Positions 45,900-55,519 of a stretch of 64,000 nucleotides of DNA are shown one piece after another. Position 1 is the first letter of the stretch, and each line of letters opens with the position of its first letter. The notes beneath the pieces were generated by a model. The model worked only from the letters and a program-made list of their open reading frames with translations, was not told where the DNA came from and did no database searches. The DNA lies in the IMG/VR virus record IMGVR_UViG_3300002835_000001, positions 233,652 through 297,651 of that record; one strand, 5' to 3'. Both the position numbers and the translations under genes were made by a program. The DNA is from a virus. Lineage: Duplodnaviria > Caudoviricetes.

Positions 45900-47150
45900 T
45901 TATAATTTATTTTCTATTTTATCTAACCAACCTTTACTTAAAGAATGTGGCCACACAATCCATTTTGCAGGTTTTTTTATTGTATCAAACGTTCTCCATA
46001 TTTTAATAAATTCATCCGAGTCGTTTAACATATTATTTATTTCGTCCGATAGAATGTCTTTTCTATTTAATGGTTGATTCTTTTCATCCTCAAAAATCAC
46101 CGCCCAAAAATCATAATCAGTTTCGGTAAACGACCCTTTATGTACATCAATACAATGTTTGAATATTTTCAAAAAAGATTCTTCAAATTCAACACCATAT
46201 AAAGGTGGATTCGGTGCTAAGTTGTTGTCTAATGTATATTTTTGAACTGCTCTCTTTTTAAATGAAATTCCGGCATATCTTTCGTAATCTTCTATTGTTC
46301 TTACATTACCAAAATCATAAATTCCAAAATCAATATCTTTTTTTAACCCATCCATTTCAAAAAGTTTACGATTTCTTAAATGTGAATTTGAATTTTTATC
46401 TCCCCATGTTTTATCGTCGTCCCATTGTTTTGTTCTACCTTTACGTGTATACTCGTGCCATGCAATAATTTTATGTGGATGAAACAAATCATAACCCCAT
46501 GTATATGCTCTTACTGCTATTGATATTTCTTCTCCATGAAAGTAATATTCAGGATCATGTGGTACTTCTTTAACAAAACTACCCTCAGCAAATGCAAAAT
46601 GTGCAGAATAAAATCTTGCGGGTACAGGTTCCGATAATTCTTTAAAATTATCTATTCCAGCAGGTAAGAAAAATACTGCACCTTCAGGAATAAATCTATC
46701 AAAGTTCATTTTCCATGGAACATTAACTCTACCTTCTGGATCATTTTCGGGGTCGTATGATGAAATGTATGATGTAAGTAATGGTTTTTCAACTCCCTTA
46801 TCTTTTAATTGATTAAACATACCAATAAGTTCCTCATCCCAATTTTCAATAAATCTATGATGAGAATCTAATTGTAATGTGTATTGTTCATCTGTGTAAT
46901 TTTGTTGTAGTCTATTTCTAGCCCAACAAGCCCCCTTTGAATCTCTATAATCAATATCTATGATTTTAAAACGACTATCATTTGTATATTCACCGAGTGT
47001 GTCCCACTCGTCATCAACAGAATGTTGCCAAGCAATTGAAAATACTAAATTTTCGGGATATTTTGATTTTGAAATACAATCGTTTAATGTTGTTAATAAT
47101 TGTGGATCTCTATAAGATGCAATTTGTATGAAAATTTTCTGATTACCCAT
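45900..47150 (-). CDS. GlcNAc-transferase-like protein (Skp1 Gnt1/GT60-like)
   Basis: IFIQIASYRDP, GACWAR, LQLDSHHRF and YFHGEEISIAVRAYTWGYDLF. Confidence 0.8.
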   Translation of the reverse strand: MGNQKIFIQIASYRDPQLLTTLNDCISKSKYPENLVFSIAWQHSVDDEWDTLGEYTNDSRFKIIDIDYRDSKGACWARNRLQQNYTDEQYTLQLDSHHRFIENWDEELIGMFNQLKDKGVEKPLLTSYISSYDPENDPEGRVNVPWKMNFDRFIPEGAVFFLPAGIDNFKELSEPVPARFYSAHFAFAEGSFVKEVPHDPEYYFHGEEISIAVRAYTWGYDLFHPHKIIAWHEYTRKGRTKQWDDDKTWGDKNSNSHLRNRKLFEMDGLKKDIDFGIYDFGNVRTIEDYERYAGISFKKRAVQKYTLDNNLAPNPPLYGVEFEESFLKIFKHCIDVHKGSFTETDYDFWAVIFEDEKNQPLNRKDILSDEINNMLNDSDEFIKIWRTFDTIKKPAKWIVWPHSLSKGWLDKIENKL

Positions 47151-47224
47151 TAAAAGTTAATTATACAATAATATAATAAAAAAATATTGGTTTTTCAACA
47201 AATGCATAAAAAAAGGTTAGATTT

Positions 47225-47560
47225 CTAACCTTTTTTCTTCTCATCTACTTGTTGTGAGTAAGTTGATTTTTTATGTTGTCTAATTTTATCCTTTAATTGG
47301 ATTAATAGTTTTTGTGCATTTGATAAATTAATAGAAATACTATTAACTCTTGCACCCGATAGTGTTTTTAAACCATTTGGTATTGAATCTTCTAATTTTC
47401 TAAGTTCTTTAATCGTTTCACCCAAAGAATTTTGTAGTTCTTCAACTTTATACTGAACTCTATTAAAATCGTCCCTTTTAACTTTTGACGTTTCCTCACT
47501 TAAGAGTTCTTGAACCATATTTTTTACAATTTCTTCAGAAATTAATGATTTATTGTCCAT
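47225..47560 (-). CDS. Coiled-coil late protein
   Basis: LISEEIVKNMVQELLSEE leader-like start and heptads. Confidence 0.65.
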   Translation of the reverse strand: MDNKSLISEEIVKNMVQELLSEETSKVKRDDFNRVQYKVEELQNSLGETIKELRKLEDSIPNGLKTLSGARVNSISINLSNAQKLLIQLKDKIRQHKKSTYSQQVDEKKKG

Positions 47561-47565
47561 AGGTA

Positions 47566-47799
47566 CTATACTTCAAATTCTTTTTCTTCCTTATCTGTTA
47601 ATTCTCCGTCTTTCATCATCCCTTCTTTAATATAAGTTCTAATAAGTTTAGAAACACTTATACTTTTGTGTTTAGCAACCTTATCTATTTCCTTATAATA
47701 GGCTGGAACTACTCTAAATGTTAGCATTTTAATAAATTGCTTGTGTTTTGGTTGATCCGAGGTAAAACCTTCCTTTTCGTCTAAATCTTCTATGTTCAT
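47566..47799 (-). CDS. Ribbon-helix-helix DNA-binding protein
   Basis: MLTFRV...EIDKVAKHKSISVSKLIRTYIKEG. Confidence 0.7.
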   Translation of the reverse strand: MNIEDLDEKEGFTSDQPKHKQFIKMLTFRVVPAYYKEIDKVAKHKSISVSKLIRTYIKEGMMKDGELTDKEEKEFEV

Positions 47800-47870
47800 G
47801 TGAATATGTTTTTATATAAATATTTTGTATTACAAATAAAAACCACTATATTAGTAAAAAACCAAAATAT

Positions 47871-48230
47871 ATGTCAGAAAATAAAGAATTACCAATCGAC
47901 CCGATTAAAATGTGTGAGGAAAAGTATCCCGAAACCACCAAAGAATTCAAAAAAATCCTAAAAGAACAGTATGAGATATTCTGCAGGAAACAATTAAACT
48001 ATGGACCCGATAATATCTCCGTAGGAACCCGTTTAGAGACCCCTGATGAGCTTAAATTGTCTCAGACAGGACTATGGTTCAGAATGAACGATAAGATACA
48101 GAGACTAAAGCAATTGGTATTATTGGGTAAACCAGATACCGTTGGTGAAGCTGTTGAGGATACATATCAGGATTTATCCGTATATAATATCATCGCACAA
48201 ATCGTTATTAGAGGTAAATGGGCAAAATAA
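47871..48230 (+). CDS. DUF1599/nucleotide-modification-associated domain 1 (NTP-PPase-like)
   Basis: KQLNYG, FRMNDKIQRL and EDTYQDLSVY. Confidence 0.75.
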   Translation: MSENKELPIDPIKMCEEKYPETTKEFKKILKEQYEIFCRKQLNYGPDNISVGTRLETPDELKLSQTGLWFRMNDKIQRLKQLVLLGKPDTVGEAVEDTYQDLSVYNIIAQIVIRGKWAK

Positions 48231-48291
48231 AATTGACAATTTATAATTTTTAAACCCAATTTTAACCTATTTATTAAAAAACGAAAGAACC

Positions 48292-48654
48292 ATGAAAGTT
48301 AATGTAAATCACCCATCTTTTATTTCATTTTTAGAGAATGTAACTGAAAACATCCTATCAACAATCTCAGTTAATAACTATTTTTCATTACCTCAGGAAA
48401 ATAAGATGGGTGTTTTATACATGGTTTTTAAATTAATGAAAAATTCCGTTAAATCGAGAGCAAAATTGACTGACTTGGAGTTAATAAGTTTTGTTACCGT
48501 TTTATGGAAAAAAAATGAAGAATCTGAAAACTACGAGTTTGCCGCAATATTGAAAGATATTTTAGATAATTTCGATACGGTTAATGAATTCACCAATACA
48601 CCACCTAAAAGGACAACCAGAACGATAAAAACCGATAAGACTAACAATGGCTAG
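48292..48654 (+). CDS. Hypothetical protein with a UVR-like motif
   Basis: EESENYEFAAILKDI. Confidence 0.65.
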   Translation: MKVNVNHPSFISFLENVTENILSTISVNNYFSLPQENKMGVLYMVFKLMKNSVKSRAKLTDLELISFVTVLWKKNEESENYEFAAILKDILDNFDTVNEFTNTPPKRTTRTIKTDKTNNG

Positions 48655-49039
48655 GACTATCGACAATCAGACTAAAAAAAAGTATGCAATTTTAGCGTTA
48701 AGATGGTGTGAGGAGTATTTTGGTCTATGTGATAGAAAGAAAAGACGATTACTTTTTAGATTTAGTGATAGAAAACGAAAAATGAATAATTTTGATATTT
48801 TTGGTAACTATTGTTTTTATCGAAATGAAATTATAATTTACTTACCCAACAACAATACAATATACGATTTGGTTGCAACCGTCATTCACGAATACACACA
48901 TTACCTACAAGTTCGTAGAAAATATAGAGAATATGAATTGTCTAGATATTATTCTCAAAATCCAATGGAAAGACAGGCTAAACGTAATGAAGACAAATAT
49001 ACTAAAATTTGTTTAAAACAGATTAAATCTAATCTATAA
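48647..49039 (+). CDS. HExxH zincin-like protein
   Basis: ATVIHEYTHYLQ...NPMERQA. Confidence 0.7.
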   Translation: MARTIDNQTKKKYAILALRWCEEYFGLCDRKKRRLLFRFSDRKRKMNNFDIFGNYCFYRNEIIIYLPNNNTIYDLVATVIHEYTHYLQVRRKYREYELSRYYSQNPMERQAKRNEDKYTKICLKQIKSNL

Positions 49040-49232
49040 CAATTTCAGCTTCCTCAATTTCTCTCATAAACAATAACGTATCGTCGTTGTTTATTCTATT
49101 TCTTACAACCATATCACACATCCAAAAATTCTTTAAATCTGTAATTGATCCTTCTTTTACTTGTGAGTTTTTTACTTTTCGATAAACCCAATATAGTTTA
49201 TCTTGATAGTTCACTAATTCTTTGTTTAACAT
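49029..49232 (-). CDS. Hypothetical protein
   Basis: 67-aa ORF coupled to the upstream nuclease. Confidence 0.6.
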   Translation of the reverse strand: MLNKELVNYQDKLYWVYRKVKNSQVKEGSITDLKNFWMCDMVVRNRINNDDTLLFMREIEEAEIVID

Positions 49233-49235
49233 AAT

Positions 49236-49838
49236 TTACTTGTGGCTACTTGGTTGACACAACATCCCCAACTCACTCCATTTGAATTTTGGTCTTTCAT
49301 TTAATAATACAAAACATTTCCACACTTTCTGTTTTTCAAAATAAATGTGTTTTTCCATGTGAGACGGTATTGCTGCGTTGGTAGGTACTCTTTTAGGTAC
49401 TTTATCAAAAAATACTTTAATTGTAATTGTTAAATTTTCATTGTCGTCCCATTTTCTTTCCTGCTCTTCTAACAATCTCCACTCACCTCTATTTTGATAC
49501 TGGTCTTGCATCATACAATTCAAATACGAAAATGTTTGTTTAAGGTTTTCCATATTATCTGAAAATGACGCCGCGGGAGCTAAATGACCTTTATCGTATA
49601 TATTTGATTTATAATCCTCAGCATCCGAAGTTTTGATGCCTTTTTCAATATAGAAATCCATACTACCTCTATTAACATTTGTTGGTCTATTGGTTGATCT
49701 ATATTTTAACCATAATGGTGATTCTAATTTTTGTGAATACAATACTTCAAATATTTGATTCTTAACTCTTATAGTGTCTTGTGAAAATGAACTTAAACTA
49801 ATTAGAATAAGTCCAAATAAAAATAACCCTTTTTTCAT
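49236..49838 (-). CDS. Secreted DNA/RNA non-specific endonuclease (NucA/EndoG-like)
   Basis: Signal peptide, YDKGHLAPAA, TFSYLNC and NRGEWRLLE. Confidence 0.88.
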   Translation of the reverse strand: MKKGLFLFGLILISLSSFSQDTIRVKNQIFEVLYSQKLESPLWLKYRSTNRPTNVNRGSMDFYIEKGIKTSDAEDYKSNIYDKGHLAPAASFSDNMENLKQTFSYLNCMMQDQYQNRGEWRLLEEQERKWDDNENLTITIKVFFDKVPKRVPTNAAIPSHMEKHIYFEKQKVWKCFVLLNERPKFKWSELGMLCQPSSHK

Positions 49839-50389
49839 ATATGATATTTGTTTATATAGTTAAATATGTCCACTGCGGTGTTTGTATACACATCAAACTC
49901 AATAAATGGAATATCATTTGTAATTAATTTTTGTTTAATCTCCTCGTCAATTTCTTTAGATTCTGTTAAATCTTGAAATCTACCGTTTTGGTCGTAAGTC
50001 TCGTCGTTCCTTTTAAGAAACACATTTAAACTATTATATTTTTTGAATAGACTCAGAATAAATGCGTCGTATGTTTCATCATAAAACATTGCGGGATATT
50101 CAGGTTTATCGTTATATCTATCTTTGTAAATTAAACCCAATATTATTGGTGAATCAACAATGACGTATTTTACCTTACCATATAATCTACTAATGTTTCT
50201 GTGTTGATTTGCGGTAATATAGAATTGGTCCTTAATTGCTGAATAGTTTTCCTCCCAAGCCACAATTTTAGGAAATTCAAAAGTCAATTCAACATCCATA
50301 TGATGTTTCTTCATTTCGGTAAATAAACCTGAGGATTGGGTAGATTTACCAATACCAGGACCACCAAAAAAATTAATAATTAAACTCAT
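49835..50389 (-). CDS. P-loop kinase, NadR/AAA_28-like
   Basis: FFGGPGIGKST, VIVDSPI and GRFQD. Confidence 0.72.
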   Translation of the reverse strand: MSLIINFFGGPGIGKSTQSSGLFTEMKKHHMDVELTFEFPKIVAWEENYSAIKDQFYITANQHRNISRLYGKVKYVIVDSPIILGLIYKDRYNDKPEYPAMFYDETYDAFILSLFKKYNSLNVFLKRNDETYDQNGRFQDLTESKEIDEEIKQKLITNDIPFIEFDVYTNTAVDIFNYINKYHI

Positions 50390-50615
50390 AAATCAAATAT
50401 ACATAAAAAAAGGGAGTTTGTGAAATCTCCCATATATTAATTTAGTAAGTTTATTTTGTCCCCCGACAACAAAAATAAATAAACTATAATATAAAAAAAG
50501 ACCATAAAATATGATGACTATTTGTCAGTTTAAAATTAATTTCGGTTTATTATAAGGTAAACGTAATAAAATTTAAAACTTTATTTTTAATATAACTATT
50601 TATAGAATTATTACT

Positions 50616-51242
50616 ATGGAACAACACACAATAGAATTAATTGGTATGGTCTTAGTGGCCGTTATTACAGCATTAGTTGGTCCCGCGGGACTTGAGTACG
50701 TAAAAGCTAAACTATCTAAACCTGTTTCAAAAGATATCGTTAGAGATGACATTGAAAGAAATTTGGTTATTTTTGATGAAATATCGGAAATTAGGGATAT
50801 GGTAGATGCGGATAGAATTTGGATAAGTCAATTTCACAATGGCGGTCATTTTCTTCACACTAACAAATCAATTCAAAAGTTTTCAATAACATATGAGGAC
50901 GTTAAACCCGGTGTTAGTAGTATTATTCATTTATTCACAGACATCCCATTATCGTTATATTCAAGATCAATGAATTACATTATGGAACATAAACATTTGT
51001 GGATTTCCGATTTTAAAGATGAAACCATTGCAACTTATGGGTTAAAGTCCGCGGCGGACGCAACGGGGACTAATGCATCATATGTAATTGGGTTATTTGA
51101 TATTGTAACAGATAGATGTATTGGAACAATGGGGGTGGACTATAGAGATAAGAAGAAACTAACACAAACACAAAAAGATTTTTTAATCGAGAGAGGTAGT
51201 CGATTAGCGGGATATTTATCAGTATACCTTAAATCAAAGTAA
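50616..51242 (+). CDS. Single-TM protein with a GAF-like soluble domain, candidate T4 T-like holin
   Basis: N-terminal TM, then ADRIWISQFHNG...CIGTMGVDY, a GAF-like pattern. The holin role is inferred. Confidence 0.45.
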   Translation: MEQHTIELIGMVLVAVITALVGPAGLEYVKAKLSKPVSKDIVRDDIERNLVIFDEISEIRDMVDADRIWISQFHNGGHFLHTNKSIQKFSITYEDVKPGVSSIIHLFTDIPLSLYSRSMNYIMEHKHLWISDFKDETIATYGLKSAADATGTNASYVIGLFDIVTDRCIGTMGVDYRDKKKLTQTQKDFLIERGSRLAGYLSVYLKSK

Positions 51243-51248
51243 CACATT

Positions 51249-51644
51249 ATGAAAAAATATATATTCACAGAAAGTCAAATTAAAAAAATCATTGACAATC
51301 AAGTAAACGAACAATATGGTGATACAGATTCACCAGAAGATATGCACCACATTCAAGATGCATTAAACAAATATTTTAAGTCTAAAAATATTAGGGGTAC
51401 TTGGGACGGGTCGTCTGAATTTAAATTAAACCCAAAGGCACCAGTAATTGTAATAAGTGCGGATGGTGCTTGGGGGGATAAATCAAAATCGGCATTATCT
51501 ATTTTCCAAAAAAATAATGGATTAGACGATGACGGTATGGTTGGTTGTAAGTCAGCTAAGAAATTAATCCAACTTGGATATATGGGTCGAGACCTATGGG
51601 GTAAACTAATGGATATGTTTGGATGGGGACCGTCTTGTGACTAA
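51249..51644 (+). CDS. Leader plus peptidoglycan-binding domain protein
   Basis: MKKYIFTESQIKKII and ALSIFQKNNGLDDDGMVG. Confidence 0.75.
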   Translation: MKKYIFTESQIKKIIDNQVNEQYGDTDSPEDMHHIQDALNKYFKSKNIRGTWDGSSEFKLNPKAPVIVISADGAWGDKSKSALSIFQKNNGLDDDGMVGCKSAKKLIQLGYMGRDLWGKLMDMFGWGPSCD

Positions 51645-52249
51645 CCCTTAGACGATATTTCGTCAAATATTTTAATAATATCATCTAAATTCAAATAATC
51701 AAAACATTCAGAATAACCTGAAAAAGATTCTAAAACTGGTCTGTATTTTTTTACAGACCTTTTTTTATTTAATTTTTCTTTAATATCACTCTCCAATTTT
51801 TCGGCGTTTGGGGTATCGATTCTTCTTAAAATGGTTTCTACCACATATCCTTCATAACCATGTACCTTACTAAAACGTCTCATTATAAATCGTTTGGATG
51901 TAATACCCACCTTAACGAAGGTTTTATTTGTTGATTCTTCCTTAATTAATACCAAATACAAGGATTTTGGTAACTTACTTATTTTTTTGTTTTTTTCTTT
52001 TCTTTTTTTGGATAATTTATTTTTAATATAATCCTTAGCCTTATCTAACGAAGTAAACTCTTTTTCATCTCTATATGGGTTAATTATGTATTTTTTGAAC
52101 CTTTGGAGGTAGATAGTTTTACCGCTATCCACTTTGTATTTTTTACCCCTTGTTGTTAAAATCTCATATATTGAATAATATCCAACCTTCAATATCGGTT
52201 CTTGTGACATAGTATCTGTTTTACATAATATACATAGTTTAGAACTCAA
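51641..52249 (-). CDS. T5orf172/GIY-YIG-like domain protein
   Basis: LYLVL...FVKVGIT...RRFS, KLESDIKEKL and GYSECF. Confidence 0.65.
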   Translation of the reverse strand: MSSKLCILCKTDTMSQEPILKVGYYSIYEILTTRGKKYKVDSGKTIYLQRFKKYIINPYRDEKEFTSLDKAKDYIKNKLSKKRKEKNKKISKLPKSLYLVLIKEESTNKTFVKVGITSKRFIMRRFSKVHGYEGYVVETILRRIDTPNAEKLESDIKEKLNKKRSVKKYRPVLESFSGYSECFDYLNLDDIIKIFDEISSKG

Positions 52250-52319
52250 AATAAATCAAACTCAATAAAACTACGGATTCATACACAATAAAAGGTATTT
52301 ATGGTATATTTATAATATC

Positions 52320-54053
52320 ATGGAAATAGAAAAACTAATATCGAATATTGTTAACGAAGCGGTTAAAAAAAGTGACCTTGTTACGTTTTTATCAAACAAA
52401 TTTAGTTCGGAATCACCCAAGTTCAATTCATTGGACCCCGAAACAAAATCAACTCACACATTTGCGATAGTTGAGGCGTACAAAAATATAAAATCTAAAC
52501 TTAGAGCATCCAATCCCGCCACATTTAATTTTTTACAAAGACATGATGGTAATCACGGGTCAAATTTAATTACAATTGAACAATTAAATAAAATTACTGA
52601 AATTCCATTTAAACAATTGATGGAATTATTATCAACAGTTGGTGACTTTAAACCATTGGTATCGGACGACGCATCAAAAGTTGGTGGAGATGATACTGAA
52701 GTTAAATTAATTAAGACATTTGGAACAAGTGGTAATAAACCTACCGAAGGTAAGGTTACCACATCTAAAGAGATGTGGGGTAGTCCTAATAATGCAATAA
52801 TAAATGAAGACGGTTTTAGAGTATATCATATAAAAGACCAAACCCAAGCAATACGAATGGGTTATTATTACCAATCATTACATATAAAACAATATAGAGA
52901 TTTAAAACTTGAAGTTAGACCCCCGTGGAACGTAACATTTAGAAAAGGGTTTCAAGAAATGAATACAGTAGGTTCCTCAATTATTTCTCACGGATTCAAC
53001 AAATGGTCAAGTTTTAGAACGGCACATGAGGTATCAATCTATTTCGTAATTGATGAAAGTAGAAATCCATTTGAGGATGTACTAACTAACGGTAAATATT
53101 TCATGTCAGTTATTGAAGTGATTAATGACGGTGGTTACCAATTAAGGTCTATGTTAAATGACGGGTCATTATTACTTAATTGGAAGAAGTTAGTTACTCT
53201 ATATCCAAAATTAGAGGGCCATGAAGACCAATTCGTTTACCATGATTTTACACCAGAGGAATTAATTGAACCAACGGAAATTGATACATCGTTCAACGAA
53301 TATCCTGAATCTAAAAATTATATTGGTAAACAATTACCTGACGTTCAAATTGCTTGGTTTAAAGAAGGTAATGACATTACAAAGGCATTAACATGGAGAA
53401 CTATGACAACTCCTGTTAGATTGGCGTACATAGATACTATAACATCTTACAACATTTTTGAAAAAATTTCTAATGTAGATTTAATGAATGAGATGTTAAA
53501 AGGTGTTGATTATTCTGGAAAGGGAGGTAAAAGATTTGAGACAATATTAAATGATAAAATGATTAGTGTTGGTAAAAAAGGTATATCATTCTTAACTCAC
53601 TATTATTATCAAACTAAATATGATGTTGAATTTATCGGTAAAAGAGTTCCAACGAGATTTGTTTATAGCACCATAAGTAAAGACCCATTAATAAACGGAT
53701 TAATGGGTATATTTGACACAAAAACAGGTAAATGGTTTACAGGTCCAACCGGAATAAGATACGATGCTAGATATAAAATAACAGAAAGATTTTTAAAAAA
53801 GGATGTTAATAAGAAAACATATTTAATATTTGAGTTTACATCTGTTATACCTTTTATAGATGATAAAGGAAATAAAGTTCCAACAAGCGTAGGTACTAAA
53901 TTTTATGTAGTAAACGACGAACCCTTTGTTCCAGATAAAACTCACCATGGTTATTTCATTGGTGAATCATTATATAGAGATTTTGTTGTAAAATTTATAG
54001 AATCGGAAACCCCCGAAATATTTAAAGCACCTAAAACAAGTATAGCACAATAG
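52320..54053 (+). CDS. Large late hypothetical protein
   Basis: 577 aa, LISNIVNE leader, TATTTATA at 52307-52314. Confidence 0.75.
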   Translation: MEIEKLISNIVNEAVKKSDLVTFLSNKFSSESPKFNSLDPETKSTHTFAIVEAYKNIKSKLRASNPATFNFLQRHDGNHGSNLITIEQLNKITEIPFKQLMELLSTVGDFKPLVSDDASKVGGDDTEVKLIKTFGTSGNKPTEGKVTTSKEMWGSPNNAIINEDGFRVYHIKDQTQAIRMGYYYQSLHIKQYRDLKLEVRPPWNVTFRKGFQEMNTVGSSIISHGFNKWSSFRTAHEVSIYFVIDESRNPFEDVLTNGKYFMSVIEVINDGGYQLRSMLNDGSLLLNWKKLVTLYPKLEGHEDQFVYHDFTPEELIEPTEIDTSFNEYPESKNYIGKQLPDVQIAWFKEGNDITKALTWRTMTTPVRLAYIDTITSYNIFEKISNVDLMNEMLKGVDYSGKGGKRFETILNDKMISVGKKGISFLTHYYYQTKYDVEFIGKRVPTRFVYSTISKDPLINGLMGIFDTKTGKWFTGPTGIRYDARYKITERFLKKDVNKKTYLIFEFTSVIPFIDDKGNKVPTSVGTKFYVVNDEPFVPDKTHHGYFIGESLYRDFVVKFIESETPEIFKAPKTSIAQ

Positions 54054-54085
54054 AAATAAAAAAAGGGACATTTAGTCCCTTTTTT

Positions 54086-54928
54086 TTATGATAGTAATGA
54101 ATAGTATTCTTTAAAGTGTTTAATTCTATCGACTAAACCGATAGTTCCACCATTTACTCTTTTTGTAATTGAAGTTACAACCGCATCGGTTGCTCCACCA
54201 TCCGCCATTTTGTGTAAACCATTTTTAGAAAAGAACCAAGCCGCAGATAATAATGCGTAATCTGTTGCCACCTTTTCTGGATTTGCAGTCATATCTTCAT
54301 TTATAGATTTACCAAACGCTGTGTAGTTTTCTTTTCCTGTTAATTGAATATATCCACGTCCACAGAATTTTGAACCTTCACCTGATGATTCGGGACCATT
54401 ACCCATTCTGTTTCCGTAAACTTTATTTGCAATTTTTACAGGTTGTCTCTCGTATGGTTTTGCTGAGGCTTCTGTTGGAAAGTACTTTTTGAATGTACCA
54501 TTTAAACCTTTTGCTGAGTAATTTAAATTTTCTTTTGTAGCTCTAAATCCTCCTGATTCGTGACCACATTGTGCCAAGAAGTGTGCCAACCTTAACGGTG
54601 TATTAATTTGGAATTTAGCCGCAGTGTCGGGTATCATTTTAATAACCGAATCGGGAATGTGACCCTTTAATTTCTCTAATTTTAAACCACCAACTGAAGC
54701 AACTGGTGCCGGTTCAGTTATAATTGTTGGAGCACTTACAACACCTTCAGAGAATAACTTACCCCAAGTGCCATCACCAACAACCCCGTCTGCCGTTAAA
54801 CCATTTGCAGATTGCCACGATTTAACCGCAGCTTCTGTTTTTGGTCCAAATTTACCTATTGGGTCAACACCCAATTTAACCTGGAGTTTTTTTACATCTT
54901 CTCCTTCAGATCCTAATTTTAATAACAT
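54086..54928 (-). CDS. Endolysin with an N-terminal PG-binding domain and a GH19 catalytic domain
   Basis: LKLGSEGEDVKKLQ...ADGVVG, LAHFLAQCGHES, GRGYIQLTGKENY and ITKRVNGGTIGL. Confidence 0.9.
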   Translation of the reverse strand: MLLKLGSEGEDVKKLQVKLGVDPIGKFGPKTEAAVKSWQSANGLTADGVVGDGTWGKLFSEGVVSAPTIITEPAPVASVGGLKLEKLKGHIPDSVIKMIPDTAAKFQINTPLRLAHFLAQCGHESGGFRATKENLNYSAKGLNGTFKKYFPTEASAKPYERQPVKIANKVYGNRMGNGPESSGEGSKFCGRGYIQLTGKENYTAFGKSINEDMTANPEKVATDYALLSAAWFFSKNGLHKMADGGATDAVVTSITKRVNGGTIGLVDRIKHFKEYYSLLS

Positions 54929-54975
54929 ATCAATATTTTTTTTGTGTTTATTATATAAATACTCTTTGAGTTTTT

Positions 54976-55257
54976 TTAATTATGTGTACCACATGTTGAA
55001 CATACAAAAGACCCTTTTCTACCATCTTTCATGACGGTTATTGTATGTTTCTTTTTACAATTTTTGCAAGAAGCCCATTCAGGTTGGCCTGATTTTGATT
55101 TTGGATTATTATCATGTCCACATTCGTGACATACGTATTTATTCTTTCCTCCTTCCGATTCTTTCCATTTCCAACCACATTGTTTACATTTTATGGTTTT
55201 GTCGGTTTCTTCGTCCACAATACGTTTTAATTGTGATTCAGTTATAATAATTTTCAT
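54976..55257 (-). CDS. Leader plus zinc-ribbon protein
   Basis: MKIIITESQLKRIVDEE followed by four CxxC pairs. Confidence 0.75.
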   Translation of the reverse strand: MKIIITESQLKRIVDEETDKTIKCKQCGWKWKESEGGKNKYVCHECGHDNNPKSKSGQPEWASCKNCKKKHTITVMKDGRKGSFVCSTCGTHN

Positions 55258-55519
55258 AACTATAAATAGTTAGGTATGTTGTGTTTTTCTAATGTCGTTT
55301 TTTAAAAACACAGAAAAATCCCCATTAACCTTTTCTTTAAAATTATGAAGTTCCATATAATGTTTATTACACAGGTAAGTTGTGAATGAGTACATATTGA
55401 GGTCGTGGTCCAATACCTTATATGTTTCTTTAAATTCCACATCTCTGTGACATCCAATAAATTGACATTCGTGTTTTTCCATATGCATAAAAAAACCCTC
55501 CATTATGAGGGTTTTTAAA

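Noticed and set aside
50440-50500. TTTATTTTGTC hairpin resembling the tail of the cassette direct repeat
   Set aside because: Only the AT-rich tail matches and the GAGAG hairpin is missing. It is treated as an ordinary intergenic hairpin.
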